Source: a virus
Taxonomy: Duplodnaviria > Caudoviricetes
Length of the DNA stretch: 64,000 bases
IMG/VR virus record: IMGVR_UViG_3300031555_004297
Reading direction: 5' to 3' (one strand)
Shown here: positions 1 through 9,909 of the stretch, in pieces
Layout: the number at the start of each line of letters is the position of its first letter
Position numbering within the stretch: the first letter of the stretch is position 1
Program-made: the position numbers and the translations under genes
Notes under the pieces: model-generated
Database searches by the model: none
What the model was told of the DNA's origin: nothing
What the model saw: only the letters and a program-made list of their open reading frames with translations

Positions 1-1785
1 TTCTTTATTATCTGCATTAAGCATTCCTTGAACTAATTCATCTCTTACTTCGAGATTATTGACATACATGTTCATCATTTCCTTAAAACTAGGAATTGAT
101 ACATTAGGCATGTTATACTTATCAATTAGCCCAAGAGCAGCATCTTTTTCCGCTTGCATAAGTTTCGAATTTGTAACGGCTTCTGCAAGTTTAGCAAGAT
201 CTGCCTTAAAATTAAAACCATTAACGTAAAGTACATTAGATGCATCTGTTTCAACAATCTGGTCTACGAATCCATTGTATTTATACGTTAATGCAGTAAG
301 TAATGTAAACAAATCTGCTACATTAAACGAACGCCCAGTTGCAATATAAGGAACTTGTACAGTTACCATACTTTCAAGAGCGACATTATCATATAGCACA
401 TTAAAGAAGTAGTTTTGTTGGATTGATGCCTTAGCTATATCTGTAACGCTATCGATAGACATGTATTTAGTTCTAGCAAGGTTAAACTCTTCTTTTAAAA
501 TTGAAGCAATGACTTCGTTATGAGCTCTTCCTCCATCCCAAGTAGGATCTTGAAGAGTGATCTCATCATAGTCGTAGTGGCTTGTTTGGTCTCTGATATA
601 AGAATCAAGATCTTCATCAAGAGGAAGTTTGATGAACTTAAGTTCATATTCTTCTTCAAGATTTTCAGATCCATCTTCATTATAAGCATATTTATAGCTA
701 CCATCAAGCTCAGTCTGTCTATCTTTAAGCAAATAATACTTAAAGATTTTTACATTATCAAATCCAAAGATAGAGCAGATATCTACCATACACTTTGCTG
801 TAGATTTATATTTTAGCAAAGTATGAAGATTCTTTACCATTGAAATTTGATATTTCAAAGGAATCTCGCCAAAGAATGGAATACCATTTGACTGGAAAAT
901 ATATTGTACAGAACGAATGTCGAAGATTTCTTTTCTAGTAATAAATTCTTGAACTCTAGAAATGATATCAATCATTGTAATTAATACAATAAATATCGAT
1001 ATCATATTATCATAGTAATCAGAACTATATTTGAAGGCCTCTGAATAAATTGTTCTTAGTACATAGAATTTGTTTTCATCTATCTTATCGCGATACATCT
1101 GAGCAATTGCTTCAGATTCAACTTCAGGAACATAGAGCACGTCAAATCTATTAGCCCTTCTAGCCAAATAATAATCAATAGCTTTAGTTCCAAGATGCCT
1201 CATATATTCATACTTAGCGGGATCTTTTTCAATAATACTATCGATTATGCCATACTGTTCAAGAATAGCAATCTCATTAGCATCAAATGTATGAATAGGT
1301 CTAGGTATCGTATATTCTCCATTCTTATCCTGAGTATATAATTGAAGTTGAACACCATCTGGTGGAATCCAGTCTTCTATATAATCAGCTTCTCCAACAG
1401 GGGGAAGACCATGGAGCATTCTATAATAAGGGTTAAGCTCTTCATAACCCTCGATATATTCTTTTATAAGTGCATTTGTAATTAGAGTTCTTTTAGCTGA
1501 AGGAATTCTTGAAGGTTTCTCACGATACAATGTCATCGTACCATAATCAACAATACCTGCAGCATTAAATGCTGATGTCGAAATAGTTGGAAAGACTTCA
1601 ATAACTGCCGTGCCTTCAATACACGACACGTATAAGTCTCCATTTTTCAAAGATTCAGCAGTCTCGCTATGATCTGCCCTATCCTTTAACTTTAAAACGG
1701 TATCTGCAGCTAATAATTTAGTGTAGTATACCATTTCATCGACATATGGGTTATCTGTATATATTTTATTTATTTTGAAAGACAA
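1..1785 (-). CDS. Large virion structural protein, partial (runs off the left edge)
   Basis: Not in the ORF track. TTG start at 1785 after SD GAGGGTGA, and the same frame is still coding at position 1. Contains YEELNPYYRMLHGLPP. Late-type promoter CACA-TATCAA-TA just upstream. Confidence 0.7.
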   Translation of the reverse strand, partial: MSFKINKIYTDNPYVDEMVYYTKLLAADTVLKLKDRADHSETAESLKNGDLYVSCIEGTAVIEVFPTISTSAFNAAGIVDYGTMTLYREKPSRIPSAKRTLITNALIKEYIEGYEELNPYYRMLHGLPPVGEADYIEDWIPPDGVQLQLYTQDKNGEYTIPRPIHTFDANEIAILEQYGIIDSIIEKDPAKYEYMRHLGTKAIDYYLARRANRFDVLYVPEVESEAIAQMYRDKIDENKFYVLRTIYSEAFKYSSDYYDNMISIFIVLITMIDIISRVQEFITRKEIFDIRSVQYIFQSNGIPFFGEIPLKYQISMVKNLHTLLKYKSTAKCMVDICSIFGFDNVKIFKYYLLKDRQTELDGSYKYAYNEDGSENLEEEYELKFIKLPLDEDLDSYIRDQTSHYDYDEITLQDPTWDGGRAHNEVIASILKEEFNLARTKYMSIDSVTDIAKASIQQNYFFNVLYDNVALESMVTVQVPYIATGRSFNVADLFTLLTALTYKYNGFVDQIVETDASNVLYVNGFNFKADLAKLAEAVTNSKLMQAEKDAALGLIDKYNMPNVSIPSFKEMMNMYVNNLEVRDELVQGMLNADNKE

Positions 1786-1926
1786 TATACGTCACCCTCT
1801 TTCGATTTTATTTATTGATATGTGAAGTCAGTAAAAGTTACAGTTACCGAAGATTAAGAGTTCTATATTAATTGAATTCTGGTATTATAGGTTAACATTT
1901 TATTAATATATTCTATTTTTGGAGGA

Positions 1927-2604
1927 ATGGTCATGCAAGATACTTATAACCCTCTTCCTGGTATAGAAACATATCAAGAAAATATGAACCCCTGCTTAAC
2001 AAGCCCTAGTAGTACCTTTGATATAAGTTTTTATCAAACAAGAGAAAGCCTCTTAGATATTGATGTCTATAGAGTTTTCTTAAAGAACTGTGAAACGCGG
2101 TTTAGGCATTCACATACATATAAAAATTATAAAGGTTTCCTTATTGGACTTGGGATGGATAGATGCCAGGTGCATGGTTTTATCAGCGCGGATATGGAAG
2201 GCGTTGATCTGGAAATGCATCACTGCATCTTGACCCTTTTTGATATCTGTTTACTAATCACGGAACATCTATTAAATACGGTCGGTTATGTAACTACCTT
2301 CGACGTTGTGCAATTGCTGAAGGAAGAGCATAAAGCGAATAACATTGCTCTAGTAATGCTTTCAAAAACTCCACACCAAGTATATCATAATGATCCTACG
2401 CAGTTTTTCATTCACCCTAAGATGTGCTTTGGAAACTGGCCGGCTCTCATTGAAAAATACAGGTTGGGACTTACGCAAGACGTAGCATTTAAACTGCTTT
2501 ATTATCTAAAGAAAGCAATTGAAGTTGGAGAAACTCAAGATAACGGACTACTCGATCTTCGAGAAAAAATTAAAGAATGGAGTGAATATTGTGGCAGAGC
2601 CTAA
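1927..2604 (+). CDS. His-Me finger (HNH-like) protein, paralog of 9910..10644
   Basis: MDRC...EMHH..LTLFDI...H...LSKTPHQVYH motif pattern; late promoter AACA-TTTTAT-TA near 1895. Confidence 0.55.
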   Translation: MVMQDTYNPLPGIETYQENMNPCLTSPSSTFDISFYQTRESLLDIDVYRVFLKNCETRFRHSHTYKNYKGFLIGLGMDRCQVHGFISADMEGVDLEMHHCILTLFDICLLITEHLLNTVGYVTTFDVVQLLKEEHKANNIALVMLSKTPHQVYHNDPTQFFIHPKMCFGNWPALIEKYRLGLTQDVAFKLLYYLKKAIEVGETQDNGLLDLREKIKEWSEYCGRA

Positions 2605-3046
2605 TCATTATCTATTTATTACCTACATCATCATTATCGTAGGAGTTATTATGGCAATGGCCTTAGCGGCCTTGATCATACAGCTAGTACTAAATTATAA
2701 ATACAGAAAAATCATGATTCAGCAAAGTGAACACAGACTGCATATTTCTGCGCAAATTGACAAGACAATACCGGAATTGCTCGAGTACATTATACAAGAA
2801 AGTTTTAGAGATTACGAGGCAACTACTTTAGTCCCTCTCAACGAAGATTATATTAACGAGGAACGTGAAAAAGAAATCAGAGCGGAATTAGTCAATATTG
2901 TCGGAGAAAGGATATCTCCTATAGCATTAGAGAAGATTGCTATTTTCTATAATGAAGGCAACATCGCTAAAGTTATCGCTGATAAAATCTACATCACGGT
3001 TATGACTTATGTAGTTGAACACAATTCCAAGTGGTCTGAGAAATAA
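2591..3046 (+). CDS. Single-pass membrane protein
   Basis: Probable GTG start at 2591 after GGAGTGA; N-terminal hydrophobic helix YLFITYIIIIVGVIMAMALAALII. Confidence 0.65.
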   Translation: MAEPNHYLFITYIIIIVGVIMAMALAALIIQLVLNYKYRKIMIQQSEHRLHISAQIDKTIPELLEYIIQESFRDYEATTLVPLNEDYINEEREKEIRAELVNIVGERISPIALEKIAIFYNEGNIAKVIADKIYITVMTYVVEHNSKWSEK

Positions 3047-3066
3047 TGCTTAAAAAAAATAAAAGA

Positions 3067-3093
3067 GACGGCATAGCGTATAGCTATGCCGTC
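3067..3093. terminator. Intrinsic terminator between convergent genes
   Basis: GACGGCATAGC/GCTATGCCGTC inverted repeat with flanking A-run. Confidence 0.75.
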
Positions 3094-3097
3094 CTAC

Positions 3098-3904
3098 TTA
3101 TTTCGCAAAATAGCTTGTTGCAAGCATCTTATTTAGAGTCATAAGGATATTAGCATTATAGCTTATATCTAAATACTTCTTATCACTTTCGGATGCTACA
3201 TCCATCTCTATCGTTTGATAGGTGGTAAAGCTTCTATTTAATCTATATCGGGATTGCGATACAAGCTCTCTATAATAACCTACATCAAGTTTAAGATTAA
3301 TGTAATCACTATAGAACTTCGATAATATATCTATAGCTATTCCAACTCCTTCTAACTGTGCGCAATAAAAGATCTCTTTTAAAAAATCTAGCATATAGTT
3401 AGCATGAAGAGAAATAGCAGTCTCGCCTAATCCCTTTATATCCAAAATTTCTATTTTATTAATTGGATCAAAATCATAATACATATCAAGCATACCAAGT
3501 CTATAATAAGATCTATAAGAGCTCTCTAATCTAAACTTGACTCGATCTGTAATATCAAGCTTCATAGGTCTATCAGAAAGGACAACCATTGCATCGTTTC
3601 TAATAGCCAAAATATCATTATCATCGAGATTGTTAATCTCCATGAATACGCGTCTGGCACTTTCTATACCAGCTTTTCTTACTGCTTCAATATTTGTATT
3701 TTTTCCGATCATCTTACCAATAATTATATTTCTCTCATCTTTTGGACAATTGTATAAATATTGATAGAGGTCTTCGGTTATGGCATTAGCATCTCGTAAG
3801 ACACTAATATTGGCTTTGGTCAAATCGTATTCGCGAATAGGGAAGTCTATAATGTATTGCAATGGCGATCTGTATACTACTTTTTTCCATACACTTTTAC
3901 TCAT
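3098..3904 (-). CDS. Small DNA polymerase palm-like protein
   Basis: Motif-A-like IREYDLTKANISVL and motif-C-like ILAIRNDAMVV; likely start MSKS overlapping the upstream stop. Confidence 0.45.
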   Translation of the reverse strand: MSKSVWKKVVYRSPLQYIIDFPIREYDLTKANISVLRDANAITEDLYQYLYNCPKDERNIIIGKMIGKNTNIEAVRKAGIESARRVFMEINNLDDNDILAIRNDAMVVLSDRPMKLDITDRVKFRLESSYRSYYRLGMLDMYYDFDPINKIEILDIKGLGETAISLHANYMLDFLKEIFYCAQLEGVGIAIDILSKFYSDYINLKLDVGYYRELVSQSRYRLNRSFTTYQTIEMDVASESDKKYLDISYNANILMTLNKMLATSYFAK

Positions 3905-4406
3905 AGACTTCACCATCCATCGGCACTAAAGTATGCCAGCGCATTATATCCTGTTCAATTGCATAAAGACCAGGAATTGACATATCTGATTCTTCTGCAT
4001 ACATAAAATCTTCTAATTCATTTACGACATAAGCATTATATCCATATCGTTGCTGAATTAGTTTTACAAGAGATTCAAGTATAGCATCTCGATAATCAGA
4101 ATGATTAATTAAAATCTGCACCATAGTTTCAGGTGACATATAAGCTGGAATAATGATATTCATAAATTGACAAAATGCATCAGGGTTTTCCATGATGAAT
4201 CCATGATATGAAATATCAAAAGAAGGACAATATACCATATCTCCTTCAAGCGACTCCTCCGGTAAATAGCCAGGCGATGGCACCAACATATTTAATGTAG
4301 GTACATCAGAATAATAGGAAGACAGGTTGTATACAACAACCTGTCTAATTCCTTTTTGTTCTAGCATTTCGGCAGGTATAATTCTGTGAGGTGTAAAGAT
4401 AATCAT
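3897..4406 (-). CDS. Hypothetical protein (possible paralog of 4403..5062)
   Basis: ORF translationally coupled in an operon. Confidence 0.7.
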   Translation of the reverse strand: MIIFTPHRIIPAEMLEQKGIRQVVVYNLSSYYSDVPTLNMLVPSPGYLPEESLEGDMVYCPSFDISYHGFIMENPDAFCQFMNIIIPAYMSPETMVQILINHSDYRDAILESLVKLIQQRYGYNAYVVNELEDFMYAEESDMSIPGLYAIEQDIMRWHTLVPMDGEVYE

Positions 4407-5062
4407 ACTCCCTCCAACGGATCGAATAAGAATTTCCCTTCGTTTTCTGCTATCATTTTCTTGACCATTTCAAAATATTCCACATAGTATTGATGCGTTC
4501 TCTCTTTTACAGCGGGATTAATCTCATATGCTAATTTTGCAATAGCAATATCATGAATAGGAAAACTAATGGGATGCTTCTCCATAAATGTCGGATAATC
4601 GATAAGATTCATATTGTAAAGTTTGGCCAAATCTATCGGCAAATATTGCTCTTCAATATATGGTTGAATCTTGTTACGAATTCCAAGTACAAGTCCATAA
4701 TACTTATAAAGAAAATCTATAAGCATTTTTGGAAATTGCATATTTAGCTCATCTCTTCCAAACATGATTCCTATCGGAATTTGTCTGATAGCAGCTGCTA
4801 CAATAATGGATACATAAACATCGGCCTCCTGAGAATTAAGATAATGCTCATAGATAGCTATCGATCTATTTATATCTCCATCCAGCTCTGCTTGGATAGC
4901 TTCAAATGGCGATAATAAAGCACCTGCAGTAATAATAGCAGGATGAGTCAAGAATTTCTGACTGGGTTCTTCGACAACATAAATTATCTTTCCACCAGTA
5001 TATGTGAACTCCTCGAACTCATCCTCATTTATTACCCAAATACCCATCGGGTAATTTGCCAT
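4403..5062 (-). CDS. Hypothetical protein, weak DUF488-like pattern
   Basis: LLSP.EA...DGD...IYEHYL...L.KYYG; SD AAGGAG. Confidence 0.6.
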   Translation of the reverse strand: MANYPMGIWVINEDEFEEFTYTGGKIIYVVEEPSQKFLTHPAIITAGALLSPFEAIQAELDGDINRSIAIYEHYLNSQEADVYVSIIVAAAIRQIPIGIMFGRDELNMQFPKMLIDFLYKYYGLVLGIRNKIQPYIEEQYLPIDLAKLYNMNLIDYPTFMEKHPISFPIHDIAIAKLAYEINPAVKERTHQYYVEYFEMVKKMIAENEGKFLFDPLEGV

Positions 5063-5073
5063 AACTAGTCTCC

Positions 5074-6537
5074 TTATTTCTTAGGAATACGAGTTGTTGT
5101 CTTCTTCTTAGGAGTTTCATCTCCATCAGAAGGTTTCTTTGTATTTCTTGTGCGAACGGGCTGCTTACGAGGAGCAGGCTCGTCCTCATCATAGAGATCT
5201 CCATACTTATCTGCAATTTCATCTACAGGATCGTCATCGATCTCTTCATCAGCAGATTCTACATAATCATCTGCAGCAGTTTCCTCTACAGTTTCATTTG
5301 TAGTTTCTTCTTCAGCGGACTCAGCTACTTCTTCCTTTACAGGTTCTTCTGTAGCCGCAACTGTAACTTTAATATTTACAGTATTATTTTCTTTGTCCTC
5401 TTTAACCTCATCTACAGAAACAAGCTTGACGTTCTGCTTAGGAGCCTTAATATTCTTCTTGGAAGAACCAGGCTTCTTAACATTAATCGCTGTTGCAACT
5501 TCTGCAGTCTCGACCCTATCCTTCATACCACCAGCAAGGATATCTTCGCCCTTAGTGATAGTAGCATTAAAGGTAGGGATGAATTTAGACTTGGTCTGAT
5601 TACCAAATCGGTTTCCGCTGCGGTTCGGAGCAGGTACATTAATTACCTCTGCTTTAAGAACTCCAGCTTTCTGAGTTTCAGGAATAGGTCTCTTGATAAC
5701 TTCCTCAGATTCGATTGAAGAAGTTAATACTTCCTTTCCTCTAGTAATAGTAACTTTCATTGTACTACCTCCTTTAATTACAATATTGTTTTCAATACTG
5801 TCATCTCTTAAATTACACGCTAAATATATTTTACCACATTTAGTGCATACTAGGTGATTAAATCCACAATCATAATCAATCTCGCCATCGCAAGTCTGGC
5901 CTGTTAATGGATCTACAAGTTTTGTACAGAAGAGCTTATTTCCATCGAGCTTGTAAATATATGGATAATCTAATAAGACAGGCGCATGTCCAAATCGAAT
6001 ACCCCAGTTCATAAAGAACTTTGTTCCAACATCTTCTACAACATACTGTCCTAAAATCTTATTTACAAGAATCTCAAATACATCTTCTGCGATCTCCCTG
6101 AACTCTGCTTTATTTTTTATAGGCAGAACTCGTTCCGCAAATCCTACCGTACCACATGGAGACGTATAAAACATCTTTGCTACATACGGCTTCAATAAGA
6201 ATTGATTTTGGAATTCTAGCGGATTATCTTGCATACCAACTTTATCTACAGCTATCTTAACAAGAAATCTGTCATCTTCAGAAAAGCTATAAACAATTCG
6301 GTTCGTACCAGCAGAGAATCGTTTAAATCCTCTTGGTCTCATAATATCATCTATCATCTTATATTTCTTTTGAATATTTGATGATAATCTGATTGATGTT
6401 GCTATGGATCTCAATGCATCTACATCCTGTTGCGTAAGATAGAAATGCATAGGAGGAATCCATAAGTTATCAAACTCAAATTCAAGAGGACTTTGCTTCT
6501 TGACCTTTAAGATGTCTAATACATCTATTTTAGCCAT
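5074..6537 (-). CDS. Ser/Thr protein kinase-like domain + Zn ribbon + acidic disordered tail
   Basis: Gly-loop SAGTNRIVY, VKIA lysine, N..E helix, DVGTKFFMNWG catalytic loop, LLDY; four Cys ending in CTKC; D/E-rich C-terminus. Confidence 0.75.
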   Translation of the reverse strand: MAKIDVLDILKVKKQSPLEFEFDNLWIPPMHFYLTQQDVDALRSIATSIRLSSNIQKKYKMIDDIMRPRGFKRFSAGTNRIVYSFSEDDRFLVKIAVDKVGMQDNPLEFQNQFLLKPYVAKMFYTSPCGTVGFAERVLPIKNKAEFREIAEDVFEILVNKILGQYVVEDVGTKFFMNWGIRFGHAPVLLDYPYIYKLDGNKLFCTKLVDPLTGQTCDGEIDYDCGFNHLVCTKCGKIYLACNLRDDSIENNIVIKGGSTMKVTITRGKEVLTSSIESEEVIKRPIPETQKAGVLKAEVINVPAPNRSGNRFGNQTKSKFIPTFNATITKGEDILAGGMKDRVETAEVATAINVKKPGSSKKNIKAPKQNVKLVSVDEVKEDKENNTVNIKVTVAATEEPVKEEVAESAEEETTNETVEETAADDYVESADEEIDDDPVDEIADKYGDLYDEDEPAPRKQPVRTRNTKKPSDGDETPKKKTTTRIPKK

Positions 6538-6554
6538 AGTAATATCCTCCCTTC

Positions 6555-7703
6555 TTAAGGTTCATCGAGCGATCTTATAAAGGACTGACGTGCTAACTCT
6601 AATCGATCTCTCATAAAGTTAGGCGCTGTCACACTATACTGACCCGTATTAGGATCATATGAGAAACTTGATGCTACAGCTGGATCATGCCCAGGACTTA
6701 CTGGTCGTCCATCAGGCATAACTCCATATCTGCCAGCAAATCGTTCAACTGCAGAGCGTTGAGCTCTGGTTCTGATACCATTTTTCTTAAGAAGATTCTC
6801 TCTAAAGGTATCTTTATTATAAGCTTGAGCCGTTCTCTTAAGACCTTGCTCATAGATTTCTCGGCTCATATCATGTGCTAATACAACTCCAGCTCCGTTA
6901 TTTAAGAAATCCAACAAATCCATATTGTCAAATGCCCGTTCAGGAGCTCTCTCATATAGCTGGTTGCGATAATGAATCATATTAGCTTCATTGATAGCAT
7001 TTCGTGTTTTCATATATTCAGCTTGATAACAGCATCTTTTATAATCTTCTCGCTTATATACATCAACATCGACTGCTTCCATAGCCGCTAAGACTTCATC
7101 TCCTCGAGTTACACTTACGGAGAGAAATCTCATAGGTTTCTTGTTATAAACTGGTTGTGATCGAGCATACTTATCATATCGATCAAACCTCTTTTCACAT
7201 TCAGCGGCTTCTTCTTCAGTTCTACTCACATTTTTACTTACAATTCGAGAGATAGATTTGAATAGTTTCTCATCATCATCGAGCTGTTCATCATAAGTAG
7301 AATTATTGTAATTAGCCGCTTCAAGACGCTCTCTAGCGTCATCATCCATAGGTTGCATATATAATGGATTATTGAAGCCATATCCATAACCACTATATCC
7401 ATAGCCCATATAAGGATTATAATAATCTCCAAATGCAGCTTGGTATCCAGGATTATATCCTCCAACAATATTTCTCGGTGGAGCGAATGTTGTAGGCTGA
7501 TATATCATTTGTTGTCCACCCTGCATTAGCATCTCTTTCGGTGATGGGAAAGGCATACCTTGTGGCTGTTGCTGCTGAGGTTGTGCCACCGTCTGAGTTG
7601 TAATTACTGTAGGACTACTACCGTAATAGCCAGGCATATTTCCAAACCCTTGTGGGGTGTTGTTTAGCATGGCTTGTACAGTAGGACTGTTCATATTAAG
7701 CAT
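6555..7703 (-). CDS. Hypothetical protein with Q/P/G/Y/N-rich low-complexity N-terminus
   Basis: QPQQQQPQGM and YNPYMGYGYSGYGYGFNN; SD AAGGAG. Confidence 0.75.
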   Translation of the reverse strand: MLNMNSPTVQAMLNNTPQGFGNMPGYYGSSPTVITTQTVAQPQQQQPQGMPFPSPKEMLMQGGQQMIYQPTTFAPPRNIVGGYNPGYQAAFGDYYNPYMGYGYSGYGYGFNNPLYMQPMDDDARERLEAANYNNSTYDEQLDDDEKLFKSISRIVSKNVSRTEEEAAECEKRFDRYDKYARSQPVYNKKPMRFLSVSVTRGDEVLAAMEAVDVDVYKREDYKRCCYQAEYMKTRNAINEANMIHYRNQLYERAPERAFDNMDLLDFLNNGAGVVLAHDMSREIYEQGLKRTAQAYNKDTFRENLLKKNGIRTRAQRSAVERFAGRYGVMPDGRPVSPGHDPAVASSFSYDPNTGQYSVTAPNFMRDRLELARQSFIRSLDEP

Positions 7704-7752
7704 TAGGTGTTTCTCCTTTACTTTCTTGATACTTCATAATTATATTATGTAA

Positions 7753-8298
7753 TTATTTTGAAGTATCCTCTTCAACAAACTTGTCGATGATATGCTCAAT
7801 AACTGTCATAAAGCTAAGTTCTTCAGCAGAACCTTCCATATTAACAGCACTGAATGCATACTTACAGTTCGTTCTAAGCATAACGTTATATCTAGTCGCT
7901 AAAGAGCGTCTATACATAATAATTTTTATAACGTGAGAAATTGCTAAAAATGCTTGAGAAACAAGTTCGATGTTAAATAACTCATCAGCAGTAGAATACT
8001 GATTATCCTTATTTACAATCTTGTAGTACATTTCTTTTAATCCAGAAAGCACGGTTCCGATAACTATGTCGATTCCAGCAGAATCGGTGATTTCTTTAAG
8101 ACTATCATAAGCCTCGTCAATAGTTTCCTCGATTTTATCTGCAAGCTCGAGGTGATTAAGTTCTTTCTTTGCAGCCGATGAAATGAAAGGCTTTGCTTCA
8201 AGCTTGCGCTTAGGCGTTTCCGCAGGCTTTTCATTAGCTGTTACCTTATTCATTCCAAATACGAATGCTGCTCCTGGTCTGAGTCCTTGGTGTTTCAT
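7753..8298 (-). CDS. Hypothetical protein
   Basis: ORF with AGGAGG SD overlapping the RNase H stop. Confidence 0.7.
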   Translation of the reverse strand: MKHQGLRPGAAFVFGMNKVTANEKPAETPKRKLEAKPFISSAAKKELNHLELADKIEETIDEAYDSLKEITDSAGIDIVIGTVLSGLKEMYYKIVNKDNQYSTADELFNIELVSQAFLAISHVIKIIMYRRSLATRYNVMLRTNCKYAFSAVNMEGSAEELSFMTVIEHIIDKFVEEDTSK

Positions 8299-9023
8299 TG
8301 ATTGTATCCTCCTTTAAAATCGTGGTGACTTCTCACCGTAGTTTTGTCTATACATCTAATATACTGGTGTAGCATAGATGCACGAATATTATAGAAAAAG
8401 GGACTTAAGCCCTCTAACTCCGTATTAGGTAAAATAATCCCATTTGCTACATATGCATGTACAGCTTCTCTAGTAGATTTATCTACCATGTCATTGCATC
8501 TGCATAGATAGCAAATATCTAACCCTAAAGATTCTGGAGCTACTTTATTAGCTCTAATAAAGTGAGCTCTTGCTTTATCCATTGTCATTTTACCATCCAT
8601 TACATGACCACGCTGATGGTAAAATTCAATGCGTAAATTATTTTCAACGATTAGATTGAAAATATCAATGAACTTTTGTTGATTCATTACTGGTTGGCCA
8701 CTACTAGAAATTAGTGTTCCATCAGGCTGTATTCTTTCAACCCAATTCTTAATCCAATCTCTTAGGCCATAAAGTGAAATCTTTGAATCCGAAAACAACC
8801 TGAATATTGCTCCAGGGTTCTCTTTGCGAAGTTTTAATGCTTCCACAACTCCTATAAAAATAGCTAAGATTTCTGAAGAGTTATTGGTAGCATCTAATTG
8901 AATTATTCTTCTATATCCAACGTCATGGATACCGACACTATCCTGACATGTGATAACGCAACCGCCACAGGCAATCTTTTTATCAATGTCTATAGAGGCG
9001 TCGCAAAATAAGTTAAAGATCAT
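8295..9023 (-). CDS. rnhA: Ribonuclease HI
   Basis: LFCDAS, TNNSSEILA, FSDSKIS, W, RGH and NDMVD catalytic pattern. Confidence 0.85.
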   Translation of the reverse strand: MIFNLFCDASIDIDKKIACGGCVITCQDSVGIHDVGYRRIIQLDATNNSSEILAIFIGVVEALKLRKENPGAIFRLFSDSKISLYGLRDWIKNWVERIQPDGTLISSSGQPVMNQQKFIDIFNLIVENNLRIEFYHQRGHVMDGKMTMDKARAHFIRANKVAPESLGLDICYLCRCNDMVDKSTREAVHAYVANGIILPNTELEGLSPFFYNIRASMLHQYIRCIDKTTVRSHHDFKGGYNQ

Positions 9024-9069
9024 AGTTTACTACCTCTTTTTCGTTTAGTTAATTCATTGTTTCTACCTA

Positions 9070-9080
9070 TATAATATATG
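9070..9080 (-). promoter_or_regulatory. Early-type promoter CATATATTATA
   Basis: ATATA(T/A)TAT motif recurs upstream of non-virion genes at about 7741, 12903, 22821, 30718, 38745, 40902 and 45851. Confidence 0.65.
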
Positions 9081-9107
9081 ACCAAAATGAAGATTAAGAA
9101 AAAAGGT

Positions 9108-9131
9108 GAGAGAGCGGTTTCCCGCTCTCTC
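9108..9131 (-). terminator. Intrinsic terminator
   Basis: GAGAGAGCGG/CCGCTCTCTC hairpin with T-run on the minus strand. Confidence 0.8.
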
Positions 9132-9182
9132 TCTGTATCATTTTTAAAGGAGATATAAAAAATGACTACTTACAAAATCAGA

Positions 9183-9752
9183 TTACGCTCTAACGAGGTT
9201 AACCTTGTTCTTGAGCTGATCAACAGCCTTCTTGGTCTTCTTAAGCTTCTTTGCATTCTTACCATCCTTCTTGCCGCACTTAGCCTCAAGAAGAGTATTC
9301 TCAACAAGCAACTTAACAGACTCAGCAGTGATAACAACAGCAACCTGCTCAGGCTCTACACCATTCTTAGCAGCGATGTCCTCAACGACATTTGTTGCAT
9401 CGGGCTCACACTCTTCTGCAGTAGCAGGAGCAGCACCCTCTTCAGCATTTGCATTCTGCTCAGCAGCTGCCATCTCGCCCTCAGTTTCCTGAATAGCGAT
9501 AACAGTCTCGAGCGAAACAAAGTACTTAGCAGTACCAACGGGAGCCTGAGCTGCATAAAGATTAACAGCCTCAGATACAACCGGAACACCACCATTAGTG
9601 GTCTTATCTTTCTCATCAACTTCTTCAACGTTATTAGTCAGATCTTCTTCGAGTTCCTCAATAACGTCCTTTACCTCTTCACTAACCTCGGGGTTAAGAA
9701 GATCAGCAGAAGCAGCTTCTACAAGCAACTTACGCGGATTGTTAAACAACAT
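9183..9752 (-). CDS. Acidic late protein, probable prohead/internal head protein
   Basis: E/A-rich with LVEA, VSEA and LLEA sites, basic C-terminus; late promoter AACA-TATAAA-TA; strong codon bias. Confidence 0.6.
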   Translation of the reverse strand: MLFNNPRKLLVEAASADLLNPEVSEEVKDVIEELEEDLTNNVEEVDEKDKTTNGGVPVVSEAVNLYAAQAPVGTAKYFVSLETVIAIQETEGEMAAAEQNANAEEGAAPATAEECEPDATNVVEDIAAKNGVEPEQVAVVITAESVKLLVENTLLEAKCGKKDGKNAKKLKKTKKAVDQLKNKVNLVRA

Positions 9753-9909
9753 TTTGGAGTTCCTCCTTGATAAAATATTTTTTAGAATTGATCAATTCCA
9801 CGTCATTCGGAATTTATTTATATGTTGTAGAGTTAAAATAATTAAAACGCCCATAATTGAAGGCATTTATAGCGTTTTAACCCATTTTTTCCAGTATCAT
9901 AGCGAAAAA

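Noticed and set aside
495-816. Short ORFs 495..707 and 520..816
   Set aside because: Lie within the long partial minus-strand CDS 1..1785
9162-9770. 202-aa plus-strand ORF with a strong SD
   Set aside because: Fully antisense to a well-supported gene and no plus-strand promoter seen; treated as an anti-TIR element, though not formally excluded
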